From: Acidimicrobiia bacterium
GTDB taxonomy: Bacteria > Actinomycetota > Acidimicrobiia > IMCC26256 > PALSA-610
Reading direction: 5' to 3'
DNA: 57,422 nt
Assembly (NCBI GenBank): GCA_038228615.1
Contig: JBBRPC010000001.1
Span: forward strand, 1-57,422
In this document: positions 1 to 9,550 of the stretch, in pieces
Numbering within the stretch: position 1 is the first letter of the stretch
Layout of the letters: the number at the start of each line of letters is the position of its first letter
Program-made: the position numbers and the translations under genes
Notes under the pieces: generated by a model
Told to the model about the DNA's origin: nothing
The model's database searches: none
The model's input: only the letters and a program-made list of their open reading frames with translations

Positions 1-151
1 CAGCCTTCGTCGACGAACCCATCGTGAAGACATGCGGATGTTCCAACAGCAAGAGGTAGTCGTCGGCCGCATGTTGGTGCAACGAGCGCTGGAGGGTATC
101 TGCTTCGACAAAGGGAACCCGCCCCAGCCATCGAACCCGTACCGTATCCAT
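1..151 (-). CDS. lipB: Octanoyl/lipoyl transferase LipB, 5' end only (gene runs off the left edge)
   Basis: Not in the ORF track because fewer than 60 aa lie inside the window. ATG at 151 (minus strand) gives MDTVRVRWLGRVPFVEADTLQRSLHQHAADDYLLLLEHPHVFTMGSSTKA. The LLLEHPxVFTxG block matches the conserved LipB N-terminal core. It lies directly downstream of lpd-E2 on the same strand. Confidence 0.7.
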   Translation of the reverse strand, partial: MDTVRVRWLGRVPFVEADTLQRSLHQHAADDYLLLLEHPHVFTMGSSTKA

Positions 152-215
152 AGCTAGCAAGTGTCGCACAAACTCCCCGACCATCATGTGCTCGCAGCTG
201 GCGCAAGGACAATAT

Positions 216-1646
216 TCAATTCAGTTCGGAGTTCCAGTCGTGCGTTTCGAGCACCGTCTTGATGTCGTGCAGGAACGACCCAGCGTATGCACCGTCGAAT
301 GCTCGATGGTCCCAGGCAAGAGCCAGCACTCCCATGTGGTGGATAGCGATCGTGTCGTCGCCATCTGGACCGAGCACAACGACGGGCTTTTTGTGCACGC
401 CATCCGTCGCGAGAATTGCGACTTGCGGCTGATTGATGATCGGCAAGGTCATCGCAGTCCCAAACGGACCCATGTTGGTGATCGTAAACGTGCCGCCCAT
501 CACTTCATCGGGACGCAGTTGCTTCGTCTTCGCGCGAGCGGCAAGATCCCGAATCTCCCTCGCGATCAGCCGCAACCGTTTGCCATCAACAGCGCGCACG
601 ACTGGCGCCACGAGGCCATGAAAATCGAGGTCGACAGCGATACCGAGATGTACTTCTCGATGCACTACGAGCGAATCACCATCGACGCTCGCGTTCACGT
701 TCGGGTAGTCGTGCAAGACATCGCTGAGCGCCCGACAGACGAACGGAAGATACGTCAGTGAAAACCCTTCCTCGGCTTTGAACGCAGCCCCCGCGGCGCG
801 CCGGACCCGTTCGATTCGCTCAAAGTCGACCTCAATCGACGTGTACACATGCGCGCTCGTGGCTTTCGAACGCACCATGTGTTCGGCAGTCCGGCGCCGA
901 ATATTGTCGAAGGGCACCACGAGATCGCCGCCCGAAGTGGCGACGGACGCGCGTTCGGGATTCTGGGGTTCGGGATTCTGGGTGCCACTCGAAGAAAGCT
1001 GCGGCGCGGATGCCGCTGAAGCGGGCGCACCCGGCACTGAGGCCGGTGCACCGGCCCCGCGCATCCGCGCCACAGCGAGCACATCATTGCGCGTGATCCG
1101 ACCACCGAGACCAGTCCCGACAATCGAAGCGCCGTCGAGACCGTACTCCGAAATCAAGCCGCGCACCAGAGGCGAAGCAACAACACCCGACACCAGCGGC
1201 ACCGCGGTATTCGCGGGGGCCGTACCTGCTACCGGTGTGGGAACGGCAGGCGTGGGCGCTGGCGTTGGCGCGAGAGGAACCGGTATTGCAACTGCGGCAA
1301 CCGCTGTCGGAACTGGAGCTGCTGGTACCGGAGCTGCTGGAACTGGAGCCGTTGGTACCGGGATAGGCGCGACAGCAGCTGGCGCGGCGTCGGGTGGCTG
1401 CGATGCTGGAGCTTGCGCGCCGCCAATGACGGCAAGCCGAACACCAACCGCAACTGTGTCACCCTCGGCCACCAGGATCTCTGTGATCACACCGCCGGCC
1501 GGCGCAGGAACTTCCGAATCGACTTTGTCGGTGGAGACCTCAAACAACGGCTCATCCAAGTCGACCGACTCGCCAACTTGTTTGAACCAGCGCGTGATCG
1601 TACCTTCGGTCACCGTCTCACCGAGTTGCGGCATTGTCACATCCAT
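216..1646 (-). CDS. Dihydrolipoamide acyltransferase (E2 component of a 2-oxoacid dehydrogenase complex)
   Basis: N-terminal lipoyl domain (MPQLGETVTEGTI..., lipoyl-Lys in STDKVDSEV). Ala/Pro linker. Peripheral-subunit-binding domain (ASPLVRGLISEYGLD). C-terminal catalytic domain with DHRxxDG (WDHRAFDGA). Substrate class (pyruvate, 2-oxoglutarate or branched-chain) cannot be decided from sequence alone. Confidence 0.93.
   Translation of the reverse strand: MDVTMPQLGETVTEGTITRWFKQVGESVDLDEPLFEVSTDKVDSEVPAPAGGVITEILVAEGDTVAVGVRLAVIGGAQAPASQPPDAAPAAVAPIPVPTAPVPAAPVPAAPVPTAVAAVAIPVPLAPTPAPTPAVPTPVAGTAPANTAVPLVSGVVASPLVRGLISEYGLDGASIVGTGLGGRITRNDVLAVARMRGAGAPASVPGAPASAASAPQLSSSGTQNPEPQNPERASVATSGGDLVVPFDNIRRRTAEHMVRSKATSAHVYTSIEVDFERIERVRRAAGAAFKAEEGFSLTYLPFVCRALSDVLHDYPNVNASVDGDSLVVHREVHLGIAVDLDFHGLVAPVVRAVDGKRLRLIAREIRDLAARAKTKQLRPDEVMGGTFTITNMGPFGTAMTLPIINQPQVAILATDGVHKKPVVVLGPDGDDTIAIHHMGVLALAWDHRAFDGAYAGSFLHDIKTVLETHDWNSELN
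1309..1368 (-). repeat. Four tandem 15-bp units encoding the Ala/Pro-rich E2 inter-domain linker
   Basis: Plus-strand units: ggaactggagctgct / ggtaccggagctgct / ggaactggagccgtt / ggtaccgggataggc. They translate on the minus strand to the PVPAAPVPAAPVPTA linker. This is a coding low-complexity repeat. Confidence 0.6.
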
Positions 1647-1667
1647 CGAACGTCCTTCCGATCTTCG

Positions 1668-3083
1668 TTATCCGTGGAGCGATCTGCCGGTAAGTGAAAG
1701 GGCGGTTTCGCCGAACACTTCCGACAACGTCGGGTGGGCGTGAATGAGTGCCCCGAGATCAGCGGCAGTCGCCTCCCAGTTGACCGAAAGGTATCCCTCG
1801 CCAATGAGTTCTGTCGCCCAAGGTCCACAGATGTGCACGCCGAGCAACACGCCGCTCTTTTTGTCGGCAACGACTTTGACCAACCCGTCGGAGTCACCGA
1901 TGATCAGCGCCCTTCCATTCCCTAAGAATCGGTGCACCGACGTCTCGACCTCGTAACCGAGTTCTTTGGCTTTCGCCTCAGTCAGCCCACAGAACGCGAC
2001 CTCAGGATGGCAGTAGATTCCCCATGGCACTTTGTCATAGTCGATCGGCGCTGGCGCCTCGCCCAGCATGTCTTTGACTGCAACAATCGCTTCGGCAAAC
2101 GCAACATGTGCGAGTTGTGGCGTATTCACGAGATCGCCGAGCGCATACAGACCCGACACGGACGTCCGTAGCATCGAGTCGACGGTCACGAAGCCACGTT
2201 CGTCGATCAACACGCCAGCTTCGAGCAGCCCCGCACCTTCGCTACGAGGCCGGCGACCGACGCTCACAATGACCACATCGGCATCGAGTTCCGCCGCGCC
2301 TTTTTTTGACTCATAGTGAACCGTGACTCCATCGCCCCGAACCGCAGCGCTGTGAATAACCACACCCACTTCAGATGTGATGCCACGCTTTTGAAACGAC
2401 CGAGCCACAACTTGCGCGACCTGGGGGTCGACGCCGTTCAATAGCTGCGGCAGTGCTTCCAGGATCGTTACCTCCGAACCAACATCGCGCAGGAACGAAG
2501 CAAATTCACACCCGATCGCACCGCCGCCCACCACAACAACTCGCCGCGGAACCGTGTCGATATCGAGCACATGATCCGACGACAGGACTCGTACCCCATC
2601 GAAATCAAAGCCAGGAAGCGGCAACGACCGGGGCACCGAACCCATAGCGAGCGCGACGAACTTCCCACGGAGCTCGGTACCGTCGGAGACGCGCACGAGA
2701 CGACCACGACCATCAGCCAAACGGCCAGTGCCCGGAAGAACAGTCACTTTGCGACCCTTGAGCAGTCCCTCAAGTCCGCCAACGAGGCGATCAATCACAG
2801 CCTGTTTGCGAGTTTGGCTCGTCGCGAGATTCACCGTCGCTTCGGCGCCCCCCGCAACCTCAATCCCAAACTCCCCAGCGTCACGAACGGTGCGCGCGAC
2901 GGTGGCGGTCTCCAGCAGCTCTTTGGCAGGAATACAGCCACGGTTCAGACACGTACCTCCGATACGCTGCTCCTCAACGAGCGCGACTTTGAGGCCAGCG
3001 GCCGAACCGTAGAGCGCGGCGCCATAGCCGGCGGGACCGCCTCCTACTACAACAAGATCGAACTCTTCAGCCATCTCACTCAC
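1668..3083 (-). CDS. lpd: Dihydrolipoyl dehydrogenase (E3)
   Basis: FAD-binding VVVGGGPAGY. Redox-active disulfide GGTCLNRGCIPAK. Second Rossmann motif VVVGGGAIGCEFA. C-terminal HAHPTLSE motif. Length 471 aa. Confidence 0.95.
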   Translation of the reverse strand: MSEMAEEFDLVVVGGGPAGYGAALYGSAAGLKVALVEEQRIGGTCLNRGCIPAKELLETATVARTVRDAGEFGIEVAGGAEATVNLATSQTRKQAVIDRLVGGLEGLLKGRKVTVLPGTGRLADGRGRLVRVSDGTELRGKFVALAMGSVPRSLPLPGFDFDGVRVLSSDHVLDIDTVPRRVVVVGGGAIGCEFASFLRDVGSEVTILEALPQLLNGVDPQVAQVVARSFQKRGITSEVGVVIHSAAVRGDGVTVHYESKKGAAELDADVVIVSVGRRPRSEGAGLLEAGVLIDERGFVTVDSMLRTSVSGLYALGDLVNTPQLAHVAFAEAIVAVKDMLGEAPAPIDYDKVPWGIYCHPEVAFCGLTEAKAKELGYEVETSVHRFLGNGRALIIGDSDGLVKVVADKKSGVLLGVHICGPWATELIGEGYLSVNWEATAADLGALIHAHPTLSEVFGETALSLTGRSLHG

Positions 3084-3242
3084 CTCTCCATGAACATTGC
3101 GCCTGCTTCGAGCGCCCCGAGGACAATGTCCGCGGTCAACCGATCAGGAACACGAACGCCAGTCCCGCGCCCAAGATCGCCGTCGCGCATACGGCACAGA
3201 GCACCAACAGAGTGCGGGTCTTCATCGGTTACTCGGTTTACC

Positions 3243-4601
3243 ATGCAGACAATGCAATCGCGTGCCCGAAGAGTGGCCGAGAACATTCCTTCTGGTACCG
3301 GTTCAATCGCACTCGGGTTGATGATCGGCTCGGCCGCGGCGTGGGCGTTTCAAATCTTCGCCGAAAAGAAGCTGAGTGATCCCGGTTACAACGCCGTCAA
3401 CTCACTTTGGGTGCTCACGTTCGTGGTCACTCCCGGGTTCTTCCAACCGCTCGAACAAGAAGTCGCTCGAGCAATCGCGCATCGCCGCGAACGAGGCGAG
3501 GGCGGCGGCCCCGTCCTTTGGAAGGCGGTACGCCTCGGGGCGGTACTTGCAGCCATGACCGCGGTCATCGTCTTAGCGGTCTTTCTTTTCGTACCGGGGA
3601 CGGTCGATCAGCTGTTCAAGAAGAGCATTTCCACTGCGAATCACTGGATGCTCATCGGTTCGCTCATCGTCGCGCTTGGCACCTACGCCACGGCATACCT
3701 CGTCCGCGGTGCGCTCAGCGGCAACGAACGATTCAAGAACTACGGGTTGATGCACGGCACCGAAGGGGTCGTGCGAGTCGCAGCCGTCGTCGCGATCGTC
3801 GTGTCGGGCCATGCCACACCAGGCCTCTTTGGACTCGCGCTTGTGTTGCCGCCGATTGTGGCAGTGCTCGTCTCTCTACGCGGTCAAAAAGGGCTGGCCG
3901 AACCCGGGCCAGAGGCTTCGTATTCGGAGCTTTCGACCGCATTGGCTTGGTTGCTCTCAAGCTCGATCATGGCGCAAGTGCTGTCGTATGCCCCTGTGTT
4001 TGCAGCCCAAATCCTGATGAGTTCAAGCACCAACGACCAACGTCTGCTCGCCGGCTTCGTAACTGCGATGTTCTTAGCTCGGGTCCCACTGCTCATGTTT
4101 CAAGCCGTGCAAGCTGCGCTGCTCCCCAAGCTCGCGGCCAGCGCTGCTGCAGGTCGTCACGATGAATTTAGGGCAGCATTGCTGCGCCTGCTCGTGCTCG
4201 TACTCGTAGTCGCTGGCACTGGCGTGGTCGCAGCGTTACTCCTCGGCAGACCAGTGGGCCATTTCATCTTCCACAAGAAGTGGACACTAGAGAGCCCGCA
4301 ACTTGCGCTGCTTGCTGCGGGTGCCGGCGCGTACATCGTGGCGTTCACACTGGCGCAGGGATTGATTGCGTTGAAGGCCTATTCGAAACTCACGATGGGT
4401 TGGGGCATCGGGATGATCGGTTTCATCGGGGTGATGCCGTTCGGTGGCAACGTCATCAATCGGGCGCAGTTCGCATTTCTCGCCAGCAGTCTGTTGGCCG
4501 CGATTGCGATTACCGCGTTCCTGTTCCGGGCGATGCGAACCTCGACAGCGACAGTCGAAGACCTCATCGAAACGCTGCGTCATGAACAACCCGAGTTCTA
4601 A
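3243..4601 (+). CDS. Polytopic membrane protein, MOP/Wzx-like polysaccharide flippase family (tentative)
   Basis: ORF 2571..4601 is only plausible from ATG 3243 (MQTMQSRARR...). Upstream codons are antisense to lpd. About 12 hydrophobic segments and a Wzx/MurJ-like length (~452 aa), at the head of a glycosyltransferase cluster. The family call comes from topology and context, not from a named motif. Confidence 0.65.
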   Translation: MQTMQSRARRVAENIPSGTGSIALGLMIGSAAAWAFQIFAEKKLSDPGYNAVNSLWVLTFVVTPGFFQPLEQEVARAIAHRRERGEGGGPVLWKAVRLGAVLAAMTAVIVLAVFLFVPGTVDQLFKKSISTANHWMLIGSLIVALGTYATAYLVRGALSGNERFKNYGLMHGTEGVVRVAAVVAIVVSGHATPGLFGLALVLPPIVAVLVSLRGQKGLAEPGPEASYSELSTALAWLLSSSIMAQVLSYAPVFAAQILMSSSTNDQRLLAGFVTAMFLARVPLLMFQAVQAALLPKLAASAAAGRHDEFRAALLRLLVLVLVVAGTGVVAALLLGRPVGHFIFHKKWTLESPQLALLAAGAGAYIVAFTLAQGLIALKAYSKLTMGWGIGMIGFIGVMPFGGNVINRAQFAFLASSLLAAIAITAFLFRAMRTSTATVEDLIETLRHEQPEF

Positions 4602-5940
4602 CCACACCAGCGCTCATTGTGGCCGACCCACCACGTTCAGCGCGCCGCCGCCGGATGGCTCCTCACCAGCTGACACATCGACCATCTGGATCGATGTCAC
4701 CGATCTTGAATCGTGGGTTGGCCCTCCGACCGGTATCCAACGAGTTGTATGTGAACTCGGGTCGCGCGTCTTGGCGAGGTTCCCGACGCGGGCCCGCTGT
4801 TGCGCCTTCGACCCTGCGCTCAACGCGTTCACGCCAAGAACGGCTGATTCGCTCACGCATCCGGGGCGAGCCGTCGCCCAGACAACAGCGCCCGGCGATG
4901 AGCCTGGATCAGTTGCGACCGAACCTGAAACCGGAATCAGAACACTGCGCACCAAGCTCGCCAGACGCACCGCAATGGCGCTCAATCGCGAGGGCGGCGA
5001 TGCGCTCGCCTCCAAACAATCCACCGACAATTTGTTTGGTCCGACAGACGAGCTCGTGATCATCGGCGCGAATTGGTTAACGCCTGGATACGCCAGCGGG
5101 TTGACGCACGTCGCCAAATACACCGGCGTGCGCATCACGCAGGTGATGTACGACCTCATTCCAAGCCTCTATCCACAATGGGCGGCCACCGGCGCGTCGT
5201 CGATCGTGACTCCCTTCCTCACTCAAGTGCTGCCGCTCTGCAGCACCATCGTTGCAATTTCAGAAAACACCCGCCGCGACATCGGCCTCTTCGTCGACAC
5301 TGAACACATCACGATCGACCCAAGTACAAATGTTGCTGTGATCGCGCTCGGCGCCGACGCAGCAACTGACGCGCTGTCGACACCGCCTACGTCGATCGAC
5401 GAAACGGTGGAGTTCATTCTCTGCGTAGGGACACTTGAGATTCGCAAGAATCAATATGTGCTCTACCAGGCGTACCGCGAGGCAAATCGGCGGGGAATCG
5501 AACTGCCTATGTTGTACCTCGTCGGCCGCAGCGGTTGGTTGGCGGACACAACAGAACACGCGCTGCACAACGATCCGGTCGCGCTCGCAAAGATCAAGAC
5601 CCTCGACGCGGTCAGCGACTCAGAACTCTCCTGGCTCTATGAACACTGCCTTTTTGCCGTCTACCCGTCGATGTACGAAGGTTGGGGCCTTCCCGTCGGC
5701 GAGGCACTCCAACATGGCAAGGTTTGCCTCGCATCCGATCAAGCCTCGATCCCTGAAGTCGGTGGTGATCTCGCCGACTACGTCTCGCCGTTCGATGCGA
5801 GTGCCTGGCTTGTCGCGATCGAGCACTACCTCAACCTCGAAATTCGGACCGACCGAGAGGCTCGCATCCGGTCACAATTCCGGAGTCGATCATGGGACGA
5901 TGTCTTCGACGACTTCAGTGCCGCACTCGCGCTCCAATGA
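4582..5940 (+). CDS. Glycosyltransferase, GT4/GT-B fold
   Basis: Start set at ATG 4582 (MNNPSS...), overlapping the previous gene by 20 nt. N-terminal WIDVTDL..PTGIQRV motif. C-terminal EX7E region (YPSMYEGWGLPVGEALQHG). Confidence 0.85.
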   Translation: MNNPSSNHTSAHCGRPTTFSAPPPDGSSPADTSTIWIDVTDLESWVGPPTGIQRVVCELGSRVLARFPTRARCCAFDPALNAFTPRTADSLTHPGRAVAQTTAPGDEPGSVATEPETGIRTLRTKLARRTAMALNREGGDALASKQSTDNLFGPTDELVIIGANWLTPGYASGLTHVAKYTGVRITQVMYDLIPSLYPQWAATGASSIVTPFLTQVLPLCSTIVAISENTRRDIGLFVDTEHITIDPSTNVAVIALGADAATDALSTPPTSIDETVEFILCVGTLEIRKNQYVLYQAYREANRRGIELPMLYLVGRSGWLADTTEHALHNDPVALAKIKTLDAVSDSELSWLYEHCLFAVYPSMYEGWGLPVGEALQHGKVCLASDQASIPEVGGDLADYVSPFDASAWLVAIEHYLNLEIRTDREARIRSQFRSRSWDDVFDDFSAALALQ

Positions 5941-5954
5941 ACGACGCGGATCGA

Positions 5955-7046
5955 TCAGACAAACGTCCGTAGTTGATCCACGATCGCAAGCCAGCGACGC
6001 GCCACATGTTCGCGTGAGAACGTTTCGGCTCGTTCGCGACCTGCAGCGATGAACGCATCCCGCAACGGTTGATCGTTCGACACGCGAGCCACCGCACCTG
6101 CGACGAGGGCTGGATCGGTGCGGTCGACCAACAACGCCGCCCCACCCGTCGTCTCGCCAACTGCAGCGGAATCGAGAGCGATCACTGGTACCCCAGCGGC
6201 CATGGCTTCAATGATCGGGACGCCGAATCCCTCGTGGCGCGAAAGGCAAACAAATACATCGGCCGTGCGGTAGTACGCGCCGAGTTCTGCGTCGGTGATT
6301 GAGCCGGTCATCACCACCGCATCAGCCAAATCAAGCCGTTCGATCAACCGTTGCACAGTCGCGGCATAGCCGTCGGCGGGAGAACCACCAACAAGCCACA
6401 ACCGTGCATCGGCGTCATACACCCTTCGAAACCAGCCAAATGCGCGCACAACCTCATGAGGAGCTTTGTTCGGCGCGACCCGTCCGACGAACAGCCAATT
6501 GATCCCTCGGTTCGCGGCTCGCAACAACTCGGCCAACGCGACATCGCACGGTTTGTGCATTGCAAGAAACACCGGCGCAACGGCAGTGCGCTCACAACCC
6601 AAATCCCGGAGTTGATCGGCGTTGAACTCCGAGTCGGCAATACCCAATACCGCGCGTCGAGCGAGCCTCGCAACCTGTGCTTCACCCAGTTCCAGATTCT
6701 CGGCGAGTGCCGGATGCCAATGGTCGAAATATTCAGGTGGTGTGACATTGTGGTGATCGAGCACCAACGGTTCAGTCCGTGCCAATAGGGCATCACAAAT
6801 TTCGGCACCGACGGCGGTGTGATATAGCAATATCGAGTTCGGCCGTTTGGACGCATCGGCGAAGAAATCCGCGGCGGGGCGCACGATCGATGAGAGACCC
6901 GGACGGATGTCGCTCGCCCAACTCGTACACGAAATGCCGGCCTCGACCAATGTCTCGTGTACTCCAAGCGCGTGCGTTCCGATCGCACCCGGCTCCCACG
7001 TCGGGAGGAATTGGTGGACATGCAAGTCACCCGATGGGAGAGTCAC
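5955..7046 (-). CDS. Glycosyltransferase, GT4 family (paralog A)
   Basis: EX7E region SRHEGFGVPIIEAMAAGVPVIA. GTG start at 7046 overlaps the stop of the upstream paralog (GTGA). Confidence 0.88.
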   Translation of the reverse strand: MTLPSGDLHVHQFLPTWEPGAIGTHALGVHETLVEAGISCTSWASDIRPGLSSIVRPAADFFADASKRPNSILLYHTAVGAEICDALLARTEPLVLDHHNVTPPEYFDHWHPALAENLELGEAQVARLARRAVLGIADSEFNADQLRDLGCERTAVAPVFLAMHKPCDVALAELLRAANRGINWLFVGRVAPNKAPHEVVRAFGWFRRVYDADARLWLVGGSPADGYAATVQRLIERLDLADAVVMTGSITDAELGAYYRTADVFVCLSRHEGFGVPIIEAMAAGVPVIALDSAAVGETTGGAALLVDRTDPALVAGAVARVSNDQPLRDAFIAAGRERAETFSREHVARRWLAIVDQLRTFV

Positions 7047-8113
7047 GAGAGCGTGGAAAGTTGGCCCAGCAGGATTTCTGCTGTGCGATCAGGTGAGAAA
7101 TCATCGACGCGAGCATGTCCTGCAGCGATCAGCGACTCGCGCAATGCTGCATCACTCATCACACGATTCACCGCGGCGGCAACAAACGCCGGCTGTTTGT
7201 GCGGCAGCACGATGCCAGCTTGTTCGACAGTTCCCGGTATCGCTGTGCAGCCATACGCGACAACCGGCAGACCCCACCACATCGCTTCAATCAACGGGAC
7301 CAAGAATCCTTCGTGCTCCGACACACACACAAATACATCGGCCGCGTCGTAATAGGCACCGAGTTCACCCTGAGTCACAGATCCGGCGAACGTCACATGT
7401 TCAACAATCCCCAATGTCGCCACCAAGCGATGCAGCGCGTCCCAATACTCGCCTGAACTGATACCTCCAACAATCCAGAGTCGCGCATGTTGGTCGTAGA
7501 CCCGGCGATACAACGCAAAGCTAGTAATGAGATCATGATGCGCTTTGTTGGCCGCGACGCGGCCGACGAACAACCAATCGTGTCCTTGCTTTCCGCGTCG
7601 CAACTCATCGCGAAACGCCGCGTCGATCGTGCCCCAATGCGAAGGGTCAATCAAGATTGGGACTACCGCCGTAGCGCGACACCCCAACGCATCGAGTTCC
7701 GATGCGTTGTAGGAGGAGTCAGCAAGGCCCAGTTCAACGATTGGTGCGAGTTTCGCAAGTTGCGATCGGCCTTGCGAAAGCATCAGACCCGTCTCAGGTG
7801 CCCAAGTATCGAAGTATTCGGCCGGTGTGATGTTGTGATAATCGAGTACCAACGTTTCTGATCTCGTCGCCACCCAGTCACCGAGCGCACACCCAATGGC
7901 GGCGTGATACATCAAGATCGCATCGCCACCACGCCATTCCTTATACGAACGCGCGGCAGATCGAAGCTCGCGGTGAGTTTCGCCGGTAAATATTTCCGAT
8001 GTCACGCCGTGTGCCTGCAACACTTTCTGGATCGCCAACGCGTGTGCCCCGATCGCGTCGCGAGGCGACAGCGAGGGTAAAAATTGATGCACCGGGCGAC
8101 CCAACATCAGCAA
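7043..8113 (-). CDS. Glycosyltransferase, GT4 family (paralog B)
   Basis: SEHEGFLVPLIEAMWWGLPVVA. Collinear similarity to paralog A along the full length (HQFLPS..., LVLDxHNxTPxEYF, WLFVGRVAxNK, LGAYYxxADVFVC). Start is TTG 8113 or ATG 8107. Confidence 0.88.
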   Translation of the reverse strand: MLMLGRPVHQFLPSLSPRDAIGAHALAIQKVLQAHGVTSEIFTGETHRELRSAARSYKEWRGGDAILMYHAAIGCALGDWVATRSETLVLDYHNITPAEYFDTWAPETGLMLSQGRSQLAKLAPIVELGLADSSYNASELDALGCRATAVVPILIDPSHWGTIDAAFRDELRRGKQGHDWLFVGRVAANKAHHDLITSFALYRRVYDQHARLWIVGGISSGEYWDALHRLVATLGIVEHVTFAGSVTQGELGAYYDAADVFVCVSEHEGFLVPLIEAMWWGLPVVAYGCTAIPGTVEQAGIVLPHKQPAFVAAAVNRVMSDAALRESLIAAGHARVDDFSPDRTAEILLGQLSTLS

Positions 8114-8120
8114 CTGTCCG

Positions 8121-9176
8121 TCACACTCGGCGTGCCACGATGCAATACGAATTCGCAGGAAACACGCGCTCGATCAACGCAGCGATCGCGGGATCGCCTC
8201 CTTCGGTGAGCCCGTCTGGGAGCGCTCGATGACCAACGTGACATTCGGTCTGCAGCCAATTGCATTGATGCAACAGATGCAGCCACGTTTCGGGATGCAA
8301 CGGCCTGCCCGGCGCGAGATCACCCGCGACTCGGTCGGCGGAATTCAAATACCCATCGGGACGCTGCCCAATGAGCACAATTGCTCCGTCGGCGTGTACT
8401 GCTGCTGTTGAGCTAGCAATCAATTGCAGCTGGTCTCCCAGCGGCAAGCGATCGACGCAGTGCGCAAGCACAATCCCTCGAAGCGACCCCGGCGCAAGCG
8501 CCTCCAAATGTGTGAGCGTGTCGATGCGACGTACTTCAACGTCTTGGGCATCCGCAACCTCGCCAGCGTCGGCCCGCGCATCGATGCCGTAGCCGTCGAT
8601 ATCCGACGCGACGAGCGCGCTCAACAGGGCGCCGTCGCCACAATCAGCGTGTAGGACGAGACCTGGCAGCGCCGTATGGCCAAACACCCCGCGACAGATT
8701 CCGACCCATTCGACGATCGGGCGATCAGAGGCAACTGCCGAAGGCATCGCCTGCACTCCAGGATCCATGCCAGGTATGCGCCGTTCCAACCGGTCGACGC
8801 GCCGACCCAACATCCGCAACGCTCGGAGCGTCGTTCCGGCAAACGCCACCAGTTGGCGACCGACAAAGATGATGTACCAGGCCGTGAGGAGCTTCACCGT
8901 TCGCTTCACGAAACGCAACGGCCGATTCCCCACAATCGGTGCGTCAAAATCGACGATCGCGTGTCGCGCAGCTTGGTCGACGACACTGTCGAACCCGCCT
9001 CCAACGAAGCCCGGCGGCGCGACAGCGGCGAATGCTCCATCGAGTTCGGCTTCATATTCGGGCGTGATTGCGCCGTTTCGCCGCTGTTCCCGAACATCAC
9101 GCTCTATCTCGGCGAGCAAGCCCCGTTGATCTGACAGCATCGCCGCTGGAGAATCATCAGAAGGCGTCTGCGACAT
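8121..9176 (-). CDS. Class I SAM-dependent methyltransferase with a long N-terminal helical/coiled-coil region
   Basis: C-terminal half has motif I-like LVLHADCGDGALL followed by the acidic GYGIDA, then VLAHCVDRLP. The N-terminal ~150 aa are charged and helical (LLAEIERDVREQRR, RRVDRLERRI). Stop lies 7 nt before paralog B. Confidence 0.75.
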   Translation of the reverse strand: MSQTPSDDSPAAMLSDQRGLLAEIERDVREQRRNGAITPEYEAELDGAFAAVAPPGFVGGGFDSVVDQAARHAIVDFDAPIVGNRPLRFVKRTVKLLTAWYIIFVGRQLVAFAGTTLRALRMLGRRVDRLERRIPGMDPGVQAMPSAVASDRPIVEWVGICRGVFGHTALPGLVLHADCGDGALLSALVASDIDGYGIDARADAGEVADAQDVEVRRIDTLTHLEALAPGSLRGIVLAHCVDRLPLGDQLQLIASSTAAVHADGAIVLIGQRPDGYLNSADRVAGDLAPGRPLHPETWLHLLHQCNWLQTECHVGHRALPDGLTEGGDPAIAALIERVFPANSYCIVARRV

Positions 9177-9334
9177 TCTGAGGAAGGTAGTCGAGCGCGT
9201 CGCCGCAACCTACGATGCATCTCAATGACGACTGAGCCCGAAGTTCCGCTGGCGGTGACCCGACCGCACAATCCCAAAACGAACACCCGGTCGGACGGCC
9301 GGCAGAACACCCTGCGGAATCCACGACACAACCC

Positions 9335-9550
9335 GTGAAGAAATTGGCGAAGCGCGCGATCGCGCCGTTTGAGCGGCGGCTCGAGATCGCGGTCACTCGT
9401 GCGGTCGAGACAGCGATGCGTTCGGAGGCTGTGGCCCTTCGGGAGGCGCTACGCGCTGATGTGGCGACCCTCGTCGAACTCACGTACGAACTCCAACGCG
9501 TCGCCGCGCAGATCGTCGCCGCAGCCCCAACTTCGCCCGAAACGTCTTGA
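9335..9550 (+). CDS. Small (71 aa) predicted coiled-coil protein
   Basis: GTG start. High G/C third-position usage. Heptad-like helical sequence (AVALREALRADVATLVELTYELQRVAAQI). Stop TGA (9548-9550) overlaps the TTG start (9547) of the double glycosyltransferase. Confidence 0.6.
   Translation: MKKLAKRAIAPFERRLEIAVTRAVETAMRSEAVALREALRADVATLVELTYELQRVAAQIVAAAPTSPETS

Noticed and set aside
778-1743. 321-aa plus-strand ORF, along with other ORFs opposite the E2 gene
   Set aside because: It is antisense to a motif-rich E2 gene. The product is Ala/Gly/Thr/Arg low-complexity sequence, typical of GC-rich shadow frames.
2571-3242. N-terminal 224 codons of ORF 2571..4601
   Set aside because: It overlaps lpd on the opposite strand and is Arg/Thr/Ser-rich. 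The hydrophobic membrane protein only starts near 3243.
4444-4581. Upstream extensions of several plus-strand ORFs: 4444, 15150, 17620, 27370, 28592, 31461, 38984 and 42929
   Set aside because: Each extension reads through the 3' end of the preceding gene in another frame. Motif-bearing sequence begins at an internal ATG/GTG, often forming an ATGA/GTGA overlap with the upstream stop.
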